Shown here: positions 1 through 8,502 of the stretch, one piece after another | How positions within the stretch are numbered: position 1 is the stretch's first letter | Layout of the letters: each line of letters starts with the position of its first letter | NCBI GenBank assembly: GCA_964424305.1 | Contig: CAYRHW010000005.1 | Location: 5,746 to 69,745 of the forward strand | Length of the DNA stretch: 64,000 nucleotides | Reading direction: 5' to 3' | Source: an uncultured Candidatus Saccharibacteria bacterium | GTDB taxonomy: Bacteria; Patescibacteriota; Minisyncoccia; Minisyncoccales; Staskawiczbacteraceae | The notes under the pieces: model-generated | Databases searched by the model: none | What the model was told of the DNA's origin: nothing | What the model saw: only the letters and a program-made list of their open reading frames with translations | Made by a program: the position numbers and the translations under genes

Positions 1-2184
1 GTCCTTATCAATTGGCTCATTCTTCCCCACAGCATCCCATATCATCTCTGATCCAGCGTTAGACGTACAAATAATAATTGTGTTTGTAAAAGCAGTTTTC
101 CTGTTTTGCCCATCAGTAACCTCTCCCTCATCAAGAACCTGTAAGAATAGATTTAAAATATTCCTATGCGCTTTCTCTATTTCATCCATCAGTAATAAAG
201 CAAATGGTTTTTCTCTTACTGGTGTTGTTAGTAATCCTTCTTGTCCCGGAGCACCAATTAAACGGGGAATGTCAGAAACGGCTTGGAATTCTGACATATC
301 CAGTCTGATCATTTTATCCTCCCCCTTAAAATATACCGTTGCCAAAGCTTTTGAAGTTTCTGTTTTACCGACACCAGTGGGGCCAAGAAACAAGAATGAA
401 CCCATGGGTCGTTTCTTTGAACCAATGCCTGCTCGGGCTCTTCTCATGGCGATGGAGATCTCTTTTACTGCCTCTTCTTGATTAACTATTCTTTCATGAA
501 TAAGTTTCTCAAGATTCAATAACATTTCTTTTTCTTCTGCTTCTACTCTACCAACTGGGATTTCAGTCTTAGCAGAAATGATCTTTGCTACGTGTTCTGG
601 TAGAACCACCTTGTCTTTAGTGGACCTTGCCACATAGACAACAACGTCTTGGAGCAAATCAATCCCCTTCTGTGGGAATGGTTTACTTGGAATATATCGA
701 GCGGCCAATTTAACCACTTCTCTAACCGCTGGGTAAGTTACAAAAACCTTGTATCTTTGTTCTAACTCCAAAGAAAGATTCTGCAGGATTCTCATTGTTT
801 CTTCTTCGGTCACCTCCCCCACTTCAATCTTCGTAAATTGATCAAGCATTGATGGATTTCTTTCTATCCTTGTATGAAGCCCGTTATAATTTGTGATACC
901 TATAAACTTAAATTCGGGGGATCCTAAATATTTCCCAAGAATTCCAGAGATATCAACCATGCCAGGCTGAACAGTCTCAAGCCCTACATAGTTGTGGAAT
1001 TCTTTGATAACTAAGATTACATTGCCGGCAGAAACCACTTCCTGGAAAATCTGATCTAAGATAGATTCTACTTTCTCTGCATCGTTTATCTGGGATAGCA
1101 TGGATACCATGTCTAGCTCTACGACCCTAAAATGATTCAACTCTGGCAAACTCTTCCCCAAATATGCCCTTCTTGCTAGCCCCTCGATAATACTGTCTCT
1201 ACCAGTTCCCGCCTCTCCAACGATTAAGACATTATTTGCCTCCGGCTTAGCCAGGCCCACCTGCACATCCTCAATTTCTTTCCCATGCCCAATTACTGCC
1301 TTGAATACCCAATTTTTAACAATTCTTCTCCAATCAATGGAATATTGATCCAAGGTTATCGTATAGCCAGTGGCAAAGTCTCTACCCATTGATCCATAGA
1401 TAGAAAGATTCTCCTTGCTCCAAAACTTCTTACTTTCTCTAATTTTTCTTTCAAGGTAATCAAACCATAGAGTAAGGTTATTAAAATCCTCTATCTTCAA
1501 ATCATTCTCAACTAATATTTGTTCGAAGAAATCTGTTTTAGATATTCCTACTAAAATATCTCTGGCCTCAATCCTTGTGCGCTTACGCTCCACTACTACT
1601 CTTGCTGCCTCAACCATTGCGATATTAAAATCCTCTGAAAAGAATTCTACAAATCTTTCCCCTCTTTTAGATTTTTCTAAAGAATTTTTAATATTATCCT
1701 GAATGGACGCTATGTCCATTCCCAATCGAGAAAAGATATAGTTGGCCTGGTCACTTACATCTAAGGCACCATAAAGCAAAGCCATTGCCGAAACCTCTGA
1801 GAGCTTTCTTTTCCTACAAAACTTAATCGCCCTAAGAACAATCCGTGCTGATTCAGTTGTTAAAAACTCTGCCAGGTTACATGTTTCTAATTTTTCAATT
1901 TCTTCGGCAATATTATGTTCTAAATCTGGGTTAGATATTTTAGTTTTTAAAAATAGGTTGGCCTCGGCGAGTATGACAAAAAGCACTAGAAAAAAGACCG
2001 AAATTTGGAGAGCGGAAATAAAAGAAAACATTCCGAGGAAGGAAAGCCCGATAGGAAATAGTGATAGAACTAAAAATCCGAGAAAGATGTTTTTAAAAAA
2101 TCCAGAAAATCTAAAAAAGACAGAACGCCCCTGCTTTTCTGCTTGATAAATTGCTGTTTCCCTTAAATTAAAGTTTGATCCCAT
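1..2184 (-). CDS. Clp/Hsp100-family AAA+ ATPase (ClpC/ClpB-like) with hydrophobic N-terminal membrane anchor; C-terminus runs off the window start
   Basis: Not in the ORF track (no stop inside the window). My translation from ATG 2184 gives MGSNFNLRE... and a hydrophobic stretch FLGFLVLSLFPIGLSFLGMFSFISALQISVFFLVLFVILA. First Walker A is NVLIVGEAGTGRDSIIEGLA; second Walker A is GSFLFLGPTGVGKTE (~361-405); Walker B is LLLMDEIEKAH. The frame is open to position 1. Confidence 0.8.
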   Translation of the reverse strand, partial: MGSNFNLRETAIYQAEKQGRSVFFRFSGFFKNIFLGFLVLSLFPIGLSFLGMFSFISALQISVFFLVLFVILAEANLFLKTKISNPDLEHNIAEEIEKLETCNLAEFLTTESARIVLRAIKFCRKRKLSEVSAMALLYGALDVSDQANYIFSRLGMDIASIQDNIKNSLEKSKRGERFVEFFSEDFNIAMVEAARVVVERKRTRIEARDILVGISKTDFFEQILVENDLKIEDFNNLTLWFDYLERKIRESKKFWSKENLSIYGSMGRDFATGYTITLDQYSIDWRRIVKNWVFKAVIGHGKEIEDVQVGLAKPEANNVLIVGEAGTGRDSIIEGLARRAYLGKSLPELNHFRVVELDMVSMLSQINDAEKVESILDQIFQEVVSAGNVILVIKEFHNYVGLETVQPGMVDISGILGKYLGSPEFKFIGITNYNGLHTRIERNPSMLDQFTKIEVGEVTEEETMRILQNLSLELEQRYKVFVTYPAVREVVKLAARYIPSKPFPQKGIDLLQDVVVYVARSTKDKVVLPEHVAKIISAKTEIPVGRVEAEEKEMLLNLEKLIHERIVNQEEAVKEISIAMRRARAGIGSKKRPMGSFLFLGPTGVGKTETSKALATVYFKGEDKMIRLDMSEFQAVSDIPRLIGAPGQEGLLTTPVREKPFALLLMDEIEKAHRNILNLFLQVLDEGEVTDGQNRKTAFTNTIIICTSNAGSEMIWDAVGKNEPIDKD

Positions 2185-2185
2185 T

Positions 2186-2569
2186 TTAAATAATACTAAA
2201 AGAGAATAATAATCCTGCTATACAAAATAAAGGAAGGATTAACCACCCTATAAATAGAACTAGCCCTCCCAATAAAACGGTTATCTGGAATGCTATGCCG
2301 CCAATAAGCAAACCTGTTCGCATAATGGCCCCTAAAATCCTTGAAAAAATGTTGGAAGTGAGTGTTTCAAAAATTTTACCAAAATCCAATCCCCTCGGAT
2401 AACTCCAATTATATCTTCTCCACGGAGAGAAAAAGGTTTTTAATAATAACGGGGTGGAGAAGATCTCCACACTAAAACCAATAAAATTCTTCCAAACACC
2501 CAGGATGAATTTTGGGGCTTCAAAAAAATGCCAGGAGAACCACAAAACGAAAATATTACTATTTGTCAT
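2186..2569 (-). CDS. small multi-pass membrane protein, unknown function
   Basis: 127-aa track ORF with several hydrophobic helices. Its stop lies 1 nt from the Clp start, and it overlaps the upstream ORF by 11 nt, which suggests an operon. Confidence 0.5.
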   Translation of the reverse strand: MTNSNIFVLWFSWHFFEAPKFILGVWKNFIGFSVEIFSTPLLLKTFFSPWRRYNWSYPRGLDFGKIFETLTSNIFSRILGAIMRTGLLIGGIAFQITVLLGGLVLFIGWLILPLFCIAGLLFSFSII

Positions 2570-2912
2570 TGTTACTATTATCTTTAATAGCGACTAATCT
2601 GATACCAAGGCTCGCGATTTGGCTTCCTCCTAGTATTAATATTCCGGCTAACATAGACCAAATTACTAGGTTTAAAATTTGAGGGATAGAATCTGTTGGC
2701 AATAAATTGCCCAGCTGATTACTAATCGCTTGCTCCATTAGCTTTTGAGGATCCTGAGTATTTTTAGTAGTTGGTGATTCTTTCGTGTATTCAAGAAATA
2801 TCTTTGGAGCAGATGCTTTGCCAGTGAAAATATCGTAGGAGGCAAAAAGAGTCCAACCAATTACGATTAACCCTACGGCAAGCAATATATATCCTATTAC
2901 TTTATTCGCCAT
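2559..2912 (-). CDS. small membrane protein (N- and C-terminal TM helices), unknown function
   Basis: 117-aa track ORF. Hydrophobic segments are VIGYILLAVGLIVIGWTLFA and LNLVIWSMLAGILILGG. Confidence 0.5.
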   Translation of the reverse strand: MANKVIGYILLAVGLIVIGWTLFASYDIFTGKASAPKIFLEYTKESPTTKNTQDPQKLMEQAISNQLGNLLPTDSIPQILNLVIWSMLAGILILGGSQIASLGIRLVAIKDNSNNDK

Positions 2913-2928
2913 AATTTTTATCTCTCAG

Positions 2929-3000
2929 TGGACGGTGCAGGGATCGGACCTGCGACCTCTTCGATGTGAACGAAGCGCTCTACCACTGAGCCAACCGTCC
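2929..3000 (-). tRNA. tRNA-Val (anticodon CAC)
   Basis: The reverse complement GGACGGTTGGCTCAGTGGTAGAGCGCTTCGTTCACATCGAAGAGGTCGCAGGTCCGATCCCTGCACCGTCCA folds as a cloverleaf. The acceptor is GGACGGT/ACCGTCC and the anticodon arm is CTTCG-TTCACAT-CGAAG. Confidence 0.85.
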
Positions 3001-3074
3001 ATTTAGTGTTAATATATTTTAACATTTAAAAATTAACAGGTAAACAAGAAAAAAACCCAGGATTGGGTTTTCTG

Positions 3075-3473
3075 TCACAAATCGGCATCAAGCCTTAAAG
3101 AAATGCCTAGTTGCTTTTTCCACCAGGCCTCTCGAGCCCCAATTGTAGTATTTTCCAGAACAAGCCAAGGATCTTCTGGGTTATTGCTTCCCCATCTTAT
3201 CATCTTCCTCTCAAGACGGTATTGGCCCGCTTTCACAACAACCATAACCCCTCCAGCTTCAAACCGCCCTTTTGAAAAATCAAACAATCTTTCGTCTTCC
3301 CTCAACCTAATCCCAAAAAATGGGCCAGGCATATTGGAAAAAATTTCTTGTATTAGTTTCCTTACATTAACCCGGGGTCTTGGGTCAATGATGTTACTTC
3401 GTATCTCTGAAAACGTATCAATCAATTTCAGCACGAAATCCCAAAAGAGATCTGAAAATTTGTGCTTTGCCAT
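3075..3473 (-). CDS. hypothetical protein (132 aa)
   Basis: Track ORF on the coding-dense strand. I recognise no motif. Confidence 0.45.
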   Translation of the reverse strand: MAKHKFSDLFWDFVLKLIDTFSEIRSNIIDPRPRVNVRKLIQEIFSNMPGPFFGIRLREDERLFDFSKGRFEAGGVMVVVKAGQYRLERKMIRWGSNNPEDPWLVLENTTIGAREAWWKKQLGISLRLDADL

Positions 3474-3562
3474 TTGGGCACCCTACCTTTCAATGAACCA
3501 ATAATTTAGATTAATACTTTCTTTAAAACTTACAAGACTGTCGCACAATAATCGGACACAAC

Positions 3563-3590
3563 GAAAAACGCACCCCTAAGGGTGCGTTTT
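3563..3590 (-). terminator. rho-independent terminator after rplL
   Basis: Hairpin ACGCACCC-CTAA-GGGTGCGT is flanked by an A-run and a T-run, so it is usable on either strand. It lies directly downstream of the rplL stop. Confidence 0.7.
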
Positions 3591-3600
3591 CTTCCAAATA

Positions 3601-4008
3601 CTATTTTAACTCTACTTTTGCTCCTACTGCTTCAAATTTCTTTTTAAGATCCTCTGCTTCTTCTTTCTTTACGTTCTCCTTTACTACTTGAGGAGCTGCG
3701 GCAGCTGCGTCAACTAGATCTTTGGATTCTTTTAATCCCTTGCCAGTAATATCTCTGACAATCTTGATAACGTCAATTTTCTTTTGGCCAACTTCTTTTA
3801 ATTCTACATTAAATGAAGTTTTCTCTTCTACTGGAGCGGCGGCGGCGGCTGGAGCGGCGGCGGCTGCTGGAGCGGCGGCTGATACACCGAATTTCTTCTC
3901 TAATACCTTCACTAATTCGGCTAAGTCTAAAACTGACATCTTCTCTATTTCTCCTACTAAATCCTTGAATTTAGCTGGAACTTCTATTTTCTCTATTTCG
4001 TCTGTCAT
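3601..4008 (-). CDS. rplL: 50S ribosomal protein L7/L12
   Basis: Has an Ala-rich hinge ([16 protein letters not shown]) and the C-terminal domain [24 protein letters not shown]...[14 protein letters not shown]. It follows rplJ. Confidence 0.95.
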   Translation of the reverse strand: MTDEIEKIEVPAKFKDLVGEIEKMSVLDLAELVKVLEKKFGVSAAAPAAAAAPAAAAAPVEEKTSFNVELKEVGQKKIDVIKIVRDITGKGLKESKDLVDAAAAAPQVVKENVKKEEAEDLKKKFEAVGAKVELK

Positions 4009-4027
4009 ATTATTTTTATTATTTTAT

Positions 4028-4549
4028 TTATTTATTAATTGCACTTAAAGCGTACAATAGACCTTTAATGTTTCCTTGTAAAACATTCTCAAAACCAGAT
4101 ATTGGCGAAGCCAAGCTTCCAACCAATTTTGACAATAATTCTTCCCTTGTCGGAATTGCGGAATAAATGAACACTGTTTCCTTGTTGGCAAATTTGTTTT
4201 CGAAGATGCCTCCTAGTATCTTAACGTTTTCACTTTCTTTGATAAATTGAGCTGAAATCTTCGCTGGTGATATTTCGTCCTTTATCCCAAAGACTATGGC
4301 CAACTGTCCTGGGATGTTCTTCTTAGCTTCTTCCCAGATAGCGGCATGGTCCTTTCCAAATGCGATACCCAATAAAGTCTTTTTTGAAACCTTCAGGTTG
4401 CATCCGGATGCTTTTAGCTTCTTTCTAAAGGAAAATATATCTTTGGCTTTCACCTTAGCAAAATCAATAAAAACTATTGATTTCTGATTCTTAATTCTCT
4501 CCTTTAAATCTTCTACTGCTGTTTTCTTTTGATCTTTTGTTAATGGCAT
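4028..4549 (-). CDS. rplJ: 50S ribosomal protein L10
   Basis: 173-aa ORF immediately upstream of rplL. The N-terminus MPLTKDQKKTAVEDLKERIKNQKSIVFIDF is typical of L10. Confidence 0.9.
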   Translation of the reverse strand: MPLTKDQKKTAVEDLKERIKNQKSIVFIDFAKVKAKDIFSFRKKLKASGCNLKVSKKTLLGIAFGKDHAAIWEEAKKNIPGQLAIVFGIKDEISPAKISAQFIKESENVKILGGIFENKFANKETVFIYSAIPTREELLSKLVGSLASPISGFENVLQGNIKGLLYALSAINK

Positions 4550-4676
4550 GTTTTTTGATTATAAATAAAAAGCTGTGTTTCCACAGACAGAATAAAAATC
4601 TCGAAAGAGATCGTTTTCCTCGGCAGGGCTTACTTTTGTGCCTGCTGTCTATGGAACAATTTTTGATTGTGGCTGT
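4550..4676 (-). promoter_or_regulatory. structured rplJ 5' leader (L10-leader-like autoregulatory element, tentative)
   Basis: On the minus strand, CCATAGACAG (4645-4654) pairs over 10 bp with CTGTCTGTGG (4581-4590), enclosing an inner CAGG...CCTG helix. It sits between the promoter and the rplJ ATG. Confidence 0.4.
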
Positions 4677-4705
4677 ATATTAATACATCACAAACCAGAT
4701 GTCAA
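4677..4705 (-). promoter_or_regulatory. sigma70-type promoter for rplJL
   Basis: Minus strand reads TTGACA (4700-4705), a 17-nt spacer, then TAATAT (4677-4682). Confidence 0.55.
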
Positions 4706-4708
4706 TAG

Positions 4709-5710
4709 TTACCTTAAATATTTCCTTATTGCAGCAGCGTGCTCTGCAAATGTTTTGCTAAATATTGTTCTACCATCCTCTGCTGCCGATAGATAGAATA
4801 AATAGTTACTTTCTGTCGGGTATATTGCGGCAATAATACTATCTAACCCAGGGCTTGAAATGGGCCCCTTCGGCAACCCATAGAACCTATAGGTATTATA
4901 CGGCGAATCTATCTGAAGGTCTTCCAGGCTTGGCTGCTTGTTTATTACGTAAACAACGGTTGCATCAACCTGCAGCGGCATACCAATATCTATTCTCTTC
5001 CATAGGATCCCTGATACCATTTTCTTGTCTTCCGGAGACTTAACCTCTTTTTCTATCAATGAGGCCATTGTTACTATTTCAAAAATTGACTTATTCTGTC
5101 GTGCTATCTCCGCCCTTAACTCTGGAGTAAACTTATCATCAAAAGTTGATAAAATCTTTTTTAAAATATCTTCGGTGCTAGTGCCCGGAATAAACTCATA
5201 GGTATCTGGGAATAAATATCCTTCTAGATCAGCATCTTTGGGCTTATCCTTGAGGGAATCTAAGCCAAAACTATAGTCTTTCTTTGCTAGGGTTAATAAT
5301 TCCCCATCTTTAGAAATCCCTTGCTCTACGAAATACTTTGAGATATCCCTCAAATCCCAACCCTCGACTATTGTCAGCTTCTCAGTGATAACATCTCCTG
5401 ACAGAAATTTACTAACTATTTGAGCGATGCTCATCGCAGAAGAAACCTCGTAGCTACCGGCCTGAAGCTTCTCGGCCTTACCAATCATCAGGGCATAGAA
5501 TCTAAAAATAGAGCCATATTTCACTATTCCTTGCTCTTTTAGAGCGATTGAGATCTGTTTGGCCCCTTGCCCCTTCTCAAGAGTAAAATCAACTATTTTA
5601 CTAGAACCGGGACTTAGAGGTAGATAGATAGCACTCCATAAAAAAATGCTACCTACCAAAAGAAGCAACACGAATAATAAAATAATGTTCTTCAGCGTGC
5701 TATTCATCAT
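4709..5710 (-). CDS. mltG: endolytic murein transglycosylase MltG (YceG-like)
   Basis: N-terminal TM helix plus YceG motifs: LIEKE, VDATVVYV, SPYNTYRFYGLPKGPISSPG. Confidence 0.85.
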   Translation of the reverse strand: MMNSTLKNIILLFVLLLLVGSIFLWSAIYLPLSPGSSKIVDFTLEKGQGAKQISIALKEQGIVKYGSIFRFYALMIGKAEKLQAGSYEVSSAMSIAQIVSKFLSGDVITEKLTIVEGWDLRDISKYFVEQGISKDGELLTLAKKDYSFGLDSLKDKPKDADLEGYLFPDTYEFIPGTSTEDILKKILSTFDDKFTPELRAEIARQNKSIFEIVTMASLIEKEVKSPEDKKMVSGILWKRIDIGMPLQVDATVVYVINKQPSLEDLQIDSPYNTYRFYGLPKGPISSPGLDSIIAAIYPTESNYLFYLSAAEDGRTIFSKTFAEHAAAIRKYLR

Positions 5711-5711
5711 C

Positions 5712-6326
5712 TTAATTACTGATTAAGGGTACAAAAACAAACCCAGGATGATCAATCTCCTCAAATTCTGTTTCAGATTTTTTCAGTATTGTCTTGATCG
5801 AATTCCCCACAGGAGCCACAATTCTTCCCCCCACTTTTAATTGATCTTTCCACTCATTGGGGATTTGAGCTGAGGTGGCAGAAGCCAAAATTTTATCATA
5901 GGGCGATTCCTCTTGAAGCCCCTTTGATCCATCTGCCAGAAACGTTTTAACAATCCCTTTTTCTACAAAACCATATTTTAGCAAATTCTGTTCGCCAAAT
6001 TCTTTTAATTCTGGCACCAGCTCTAAAGAAACAATCTTTCCGGTCTCCCCTACTATTTCAGCCAATAACCCACTGGTCCAACCAGAACCAGATCCAACAT
6101 CTAGAATTTTGTCTCCTTTTTTGGGTTGTAATTGCTCAAACATAAAAGCAACAACAGCTGGTTGTGATATTGTTTGTCCAAAACCAATTGGCAAAGCTTC
6201 GTTAACCTCGGCCAGATTTTTAACGTTTTCTGGCAAGAAATCTTCTCTTTTTATTTTCAAAAAAGCGGCCTTGACCGAAGGGGTCTTCACCCAATTTTCT
6301 TTAATTAAAACATCTATTAAACTCAT
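5712..6326 (-). CDS. pcm: protein-L-isoaspartate O-methyltransferase
   Basis: Contains GQTISQPAVVAFMFEQL and the SAM-binding motif ILDVGSGSGWTSGLLAEIVG. Confidence 0.85.
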   Translation of the reverse strand: MSLIDVLIKENWVKTPSVKAAFLKIKREDFLPENVKNLAEVNEALPIGFGQTISQPAVVAFMFEQLQPKKGDKILDVGSGSGWTSGLLAEIVGETGKIVSLELVPELKEFGEQNLLKYGFVEKGIVKTFLADGSKGLQEESPYDKILASATSAQIPNEWKDQLKVGGRIVAPVGNSIKTILKKSETEFEEIDHPGFVFVPLISN

Positions 6327-6347
6327 AAATTTAACTGTGCTGTTAGT

Positions 6348-6680
6348 TTACAATAATTTACCTTGCCTAAGAGTTTTGGCAACTTGCTCTGCTTTCTCTC
6401 TACCTTCTTTGGTAATAGCAAATTCAGTTCCTGGGTCTCCTTTAATATATTTCTGGTTTCTTAGTGACCTTAGCGGCCTATCTAGCTTTCTGGCATCTGG
6501 CCATTGAGGATATCTCTGGAAGCCGAATATGTCTGGAAAGAGTATAAAGGACTGGTTGACTAGTCTTTCAAAGGTACAATCTTCTTTATTGGTCACAACA
6601 GAATAAACACTAAAAAGAATAAGATCATTTATAGACGCCTTGCAAAAAGTTAAACTTTTTATTGTTTTCTTTTTTGGCAT
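6348..6680 (-). CDS. hypothetical protein (110 aa)
   Basis: Track ORF in the coding-dense minus strand. I recognise no motif. Confidence 0.45.
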   Translation of the reverse strand: MPKKKTIKSLTFCKASINDLILFSVYSVVTNKEDCTFERLVNQSFILFPDIFGFQRYPQWPDARKLDRPLRSLRNQKYIKGDPGTEFAITKEGREKAEQVAKTLRQGKLL

Positions 6681-6692
6681 ATTCTACCCAAT

Positions 6693-7946
6693 TTAGCTTG
6701 GGTTGCTTACTCTCCCTAGAAACAGGATATTTCCCGTAGCATTATCCTGGATTAAAAAGATAAAAGGATGATCAGCTATGAATTCTAATTGGTCTGATGG
6801 GAAAGCAGATTTTAATTCCATTATGACCGCTGTAGCAGCAGCTGCCTCTGTCCCCTCTTCATTAACTTCAACAAATGCCTGATGAATAACTTCTGATATT
6901 CTAAGATCCTGCTTGCCATCCATTCCCGAAAAATCTGCCTGGTCAGAGAAAGCAACCGGCATACCCATATTACTTAGATCCCCTTTCATCGAATACTTTG
7001 TCTCTATTTTAAACTTTGGAAAATACACATTAACCTGTTTTTCAGTTAAGCCTGCCTTCAATTCTAGAAATTTCTCAGGAGTTAAGTATGCATCGACAGA
7101 AGAGATATTGTTCTTCGGCAGAAGAACAAGCATTGAAAGATCCTTACTATCGTAAGGTAATTCTAGAATCTGTAGATCGCTATTCTCTGCATAGTTAAAC
7201 TTGGCATCTTCTCCCTTTAAACTCATCATTTGGGCTTTTACTGTTTTATCGCTAGCAATATTAAAGTCCTGTTCTTTCGTGTCTTTCTTGTCAAACTGTA
7301 ATTGCCAGGTCCCTTTAAAGTAAATGGCATTTGTTAATACTAGCTTTGTAAGATTACTTAATACACCAGCGGGAATTAAATCCTTAATCTTGTCGTTAGT
7401 CTGATCTTCTACCCATTTATTAATAGTTAACCTTGCATCCTCTGCGGCATTAATAAAATCCAAGTTTGTTACTTCCCCGCCATAATAGTTTTTGATCAAC
7501 GAAAAATAGCTGTCTAGAAAAGCGAAATCCTTCTGAGCCCACAAAGCATTGGCTGTCTTCAGCTCATAGGTCTTACCTGCTTTGTTTATCTGATTATATA
7601 TTTTGGCAAAGGCAGGTTGCCTTACGCCAGCGTCCTTTGGAAAATGAAAAACGGCTTGAATTTCTTCTGCTGTCTTCCCCTTAGCTCCTTCGTAGACCAT
7701 GGCTAGCGCGGTAGATAAGCTATAGGGAGAAAAAAAGATATTCCCATCATTTGCCTCATACTTTTTATACAAATCAAAGGCAAATTGATTGTTTGCTAGA
7801 ATAACACCGGCCTCTGACTCAGGGAAAGACTTACTATCATCCAAAACTACTGGGTTATTCTCCGCTTTTGGCAAAAAAATCAATACTCCGGCCAATATGA
7901 CGATGATAACGAATAATATTACTGGCAGTATTATTATTTTATTCAT
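6693..7946 (-). CDS. serpin-family serine protease inhibitor, membrane-anchored/secreted
   Basis: Serpin length and motifs: FSPYSLSTALAMVYEGAKGKT, hinge/reactive-loop region EVNEEGTEAAAATAV, and C-terminal FIADHPFIFLIQDNATGNILFLGRVSNP. I chose the start at MNKIIILPV (hydrophobic anchor). Confidence 0.85.
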   Translation of the reverse strand: MNKIIILPVILFVIIVILAGVLIFLPKAENNPVVLDDSKSFPESEAGVILANNQFAFDLYKKYEANDGNIFFSPYSLSTALAMVYEGAKGKTAEEIQAVFHFPKDAGVRQPAFAKIYNQINKAGKTYELKTANALWAQKDFAFLDSYFSLIKNYYGGEVTNLDFINAAEDARLTINKWVEDQTNDKIKDLIPAGVLSNLTKLVLTNAIYFKGTWQLQFDKKDTKEQDFNIASDKTVKAQMMSLKGEDAKFNYAENSDLQILELPYDSKDLSMLVLLPKNNISSVDAYLTPEKFLELKAGLTEKQVNVYFPKFKIETKYSMKGDLSNMGMPVAFSDQADFSGMDGKQDLRISEVIHQAFVEVNEEGTEAAAATAVIMELKSAFPSDQLEFIADHPFIFLIQDNATGNILFLGRVSNPS

Positions 7947-8010
7947 ATATATTAGAAACCCATATATATACAAATTCTAACACAAGGGTAGTGCTTTATC
8001 AATCAATTTT

Positions 8011-8047
8011 AAAGCAAAAGCCCAGGTTCTAAGGAAAGAACCTGGGC
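8011..8047 (-). terminator. rho-independent terminator of the island-1 gene
   Basis: Minus strand has GCCCAGGTTCT-TTCCTT-AGAACCTGGGC followed by TTTTGCTTT. The hairpin overlaps the last codons of the ORF. Confidence 0.7.
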
Positions 8048-8397
8048 CAAAAAGTAACGACGGATAGAATAAAACCCGCGAGCAGCAGGAAAAAGATAAT
8101 CCCCGCTGCCAATGGGTGACGCTGACCGAACCTTCCGATTACTCGGCCGGTTCCAACAAGGAATCGGCGGAGCTGACGGAAGAACTGTCTGGTCACGCGC
8201 CAGCCCAGAACGAAAAGGGCCCTTACAACCCTCCTCAACATCTCTGCCAACCATCGGACAAGGGAACGCAACTGCCTCCCCATCCATCGATGGACGGCTC
8301 TCGGGCCACCAGCAATTCCCGAAACCATGATGGCGATTCCGTACACCATCAACATCAGGGTCAAAAGAGACCCGAGGACAGTCTCACTGGGATTCAT
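8029..8397 (-). CDS. GC-rich orphan: small membrane protein with two terminal TM helices and an Arg-rich amphipathic middle
   Basis: Start chosen at ATG 8397 (MNPSETVLGSLLTLMLMVYGIAIMVSG...) because GAAGGAG lies 8 nt upstream. The middle reads RQLRSLVRWLAEMLRRVVRALF...RQFFRQLRRFL. Confidence 0.6.
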   Translation of the reverse strand: MNPSETVLGSLLTLMLMVYGIAIMVSGIAGGPRAVHRWMGRQLRSLVRWLAEMLRRVVRALFVLGWRVTRQFFRQLRRFLVGTGRVIGRFGQRHPLAAGIIFFLLLAGFILSVVTFWPRFFP

Positions 8398-8456
8398 CGT
8401 CTTTACTCCTTCAAAGGACAATGGATTAGTTACTACATTTCACTAATCACAGATAT

Positions 8457-8485
8457 ATAATATCACATAATTGTAAGGCTGTCAA
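8457..8485 (-). promoter_or_regulatory. sigma70-type promoter of the island-1 gene
   Basis: Minus strand reads TTGACA (8480-8485), a 17-nt spacer, then TATTAT (8457-8462). Confidence 0.55.
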
Positions 8486-8502
8486 CATTTTAAACACTAT
8501 TC

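Noticed and set aside
80-2146. Plus-strand track ORFs 80-481 and 1958-2146
   Set aside because: They are antisense to the long, motif-rich Clp ATPase frame (Walker A/B motifs read on the minus strand), so they are shadow ORFs.
3835-3890. GCGGCGGCGGCT-type tandem repeat
   Set aside because: It encodes the Ala/Pro-rich flexible hinge of L7/L12 and is not a structural DNA repeat element.
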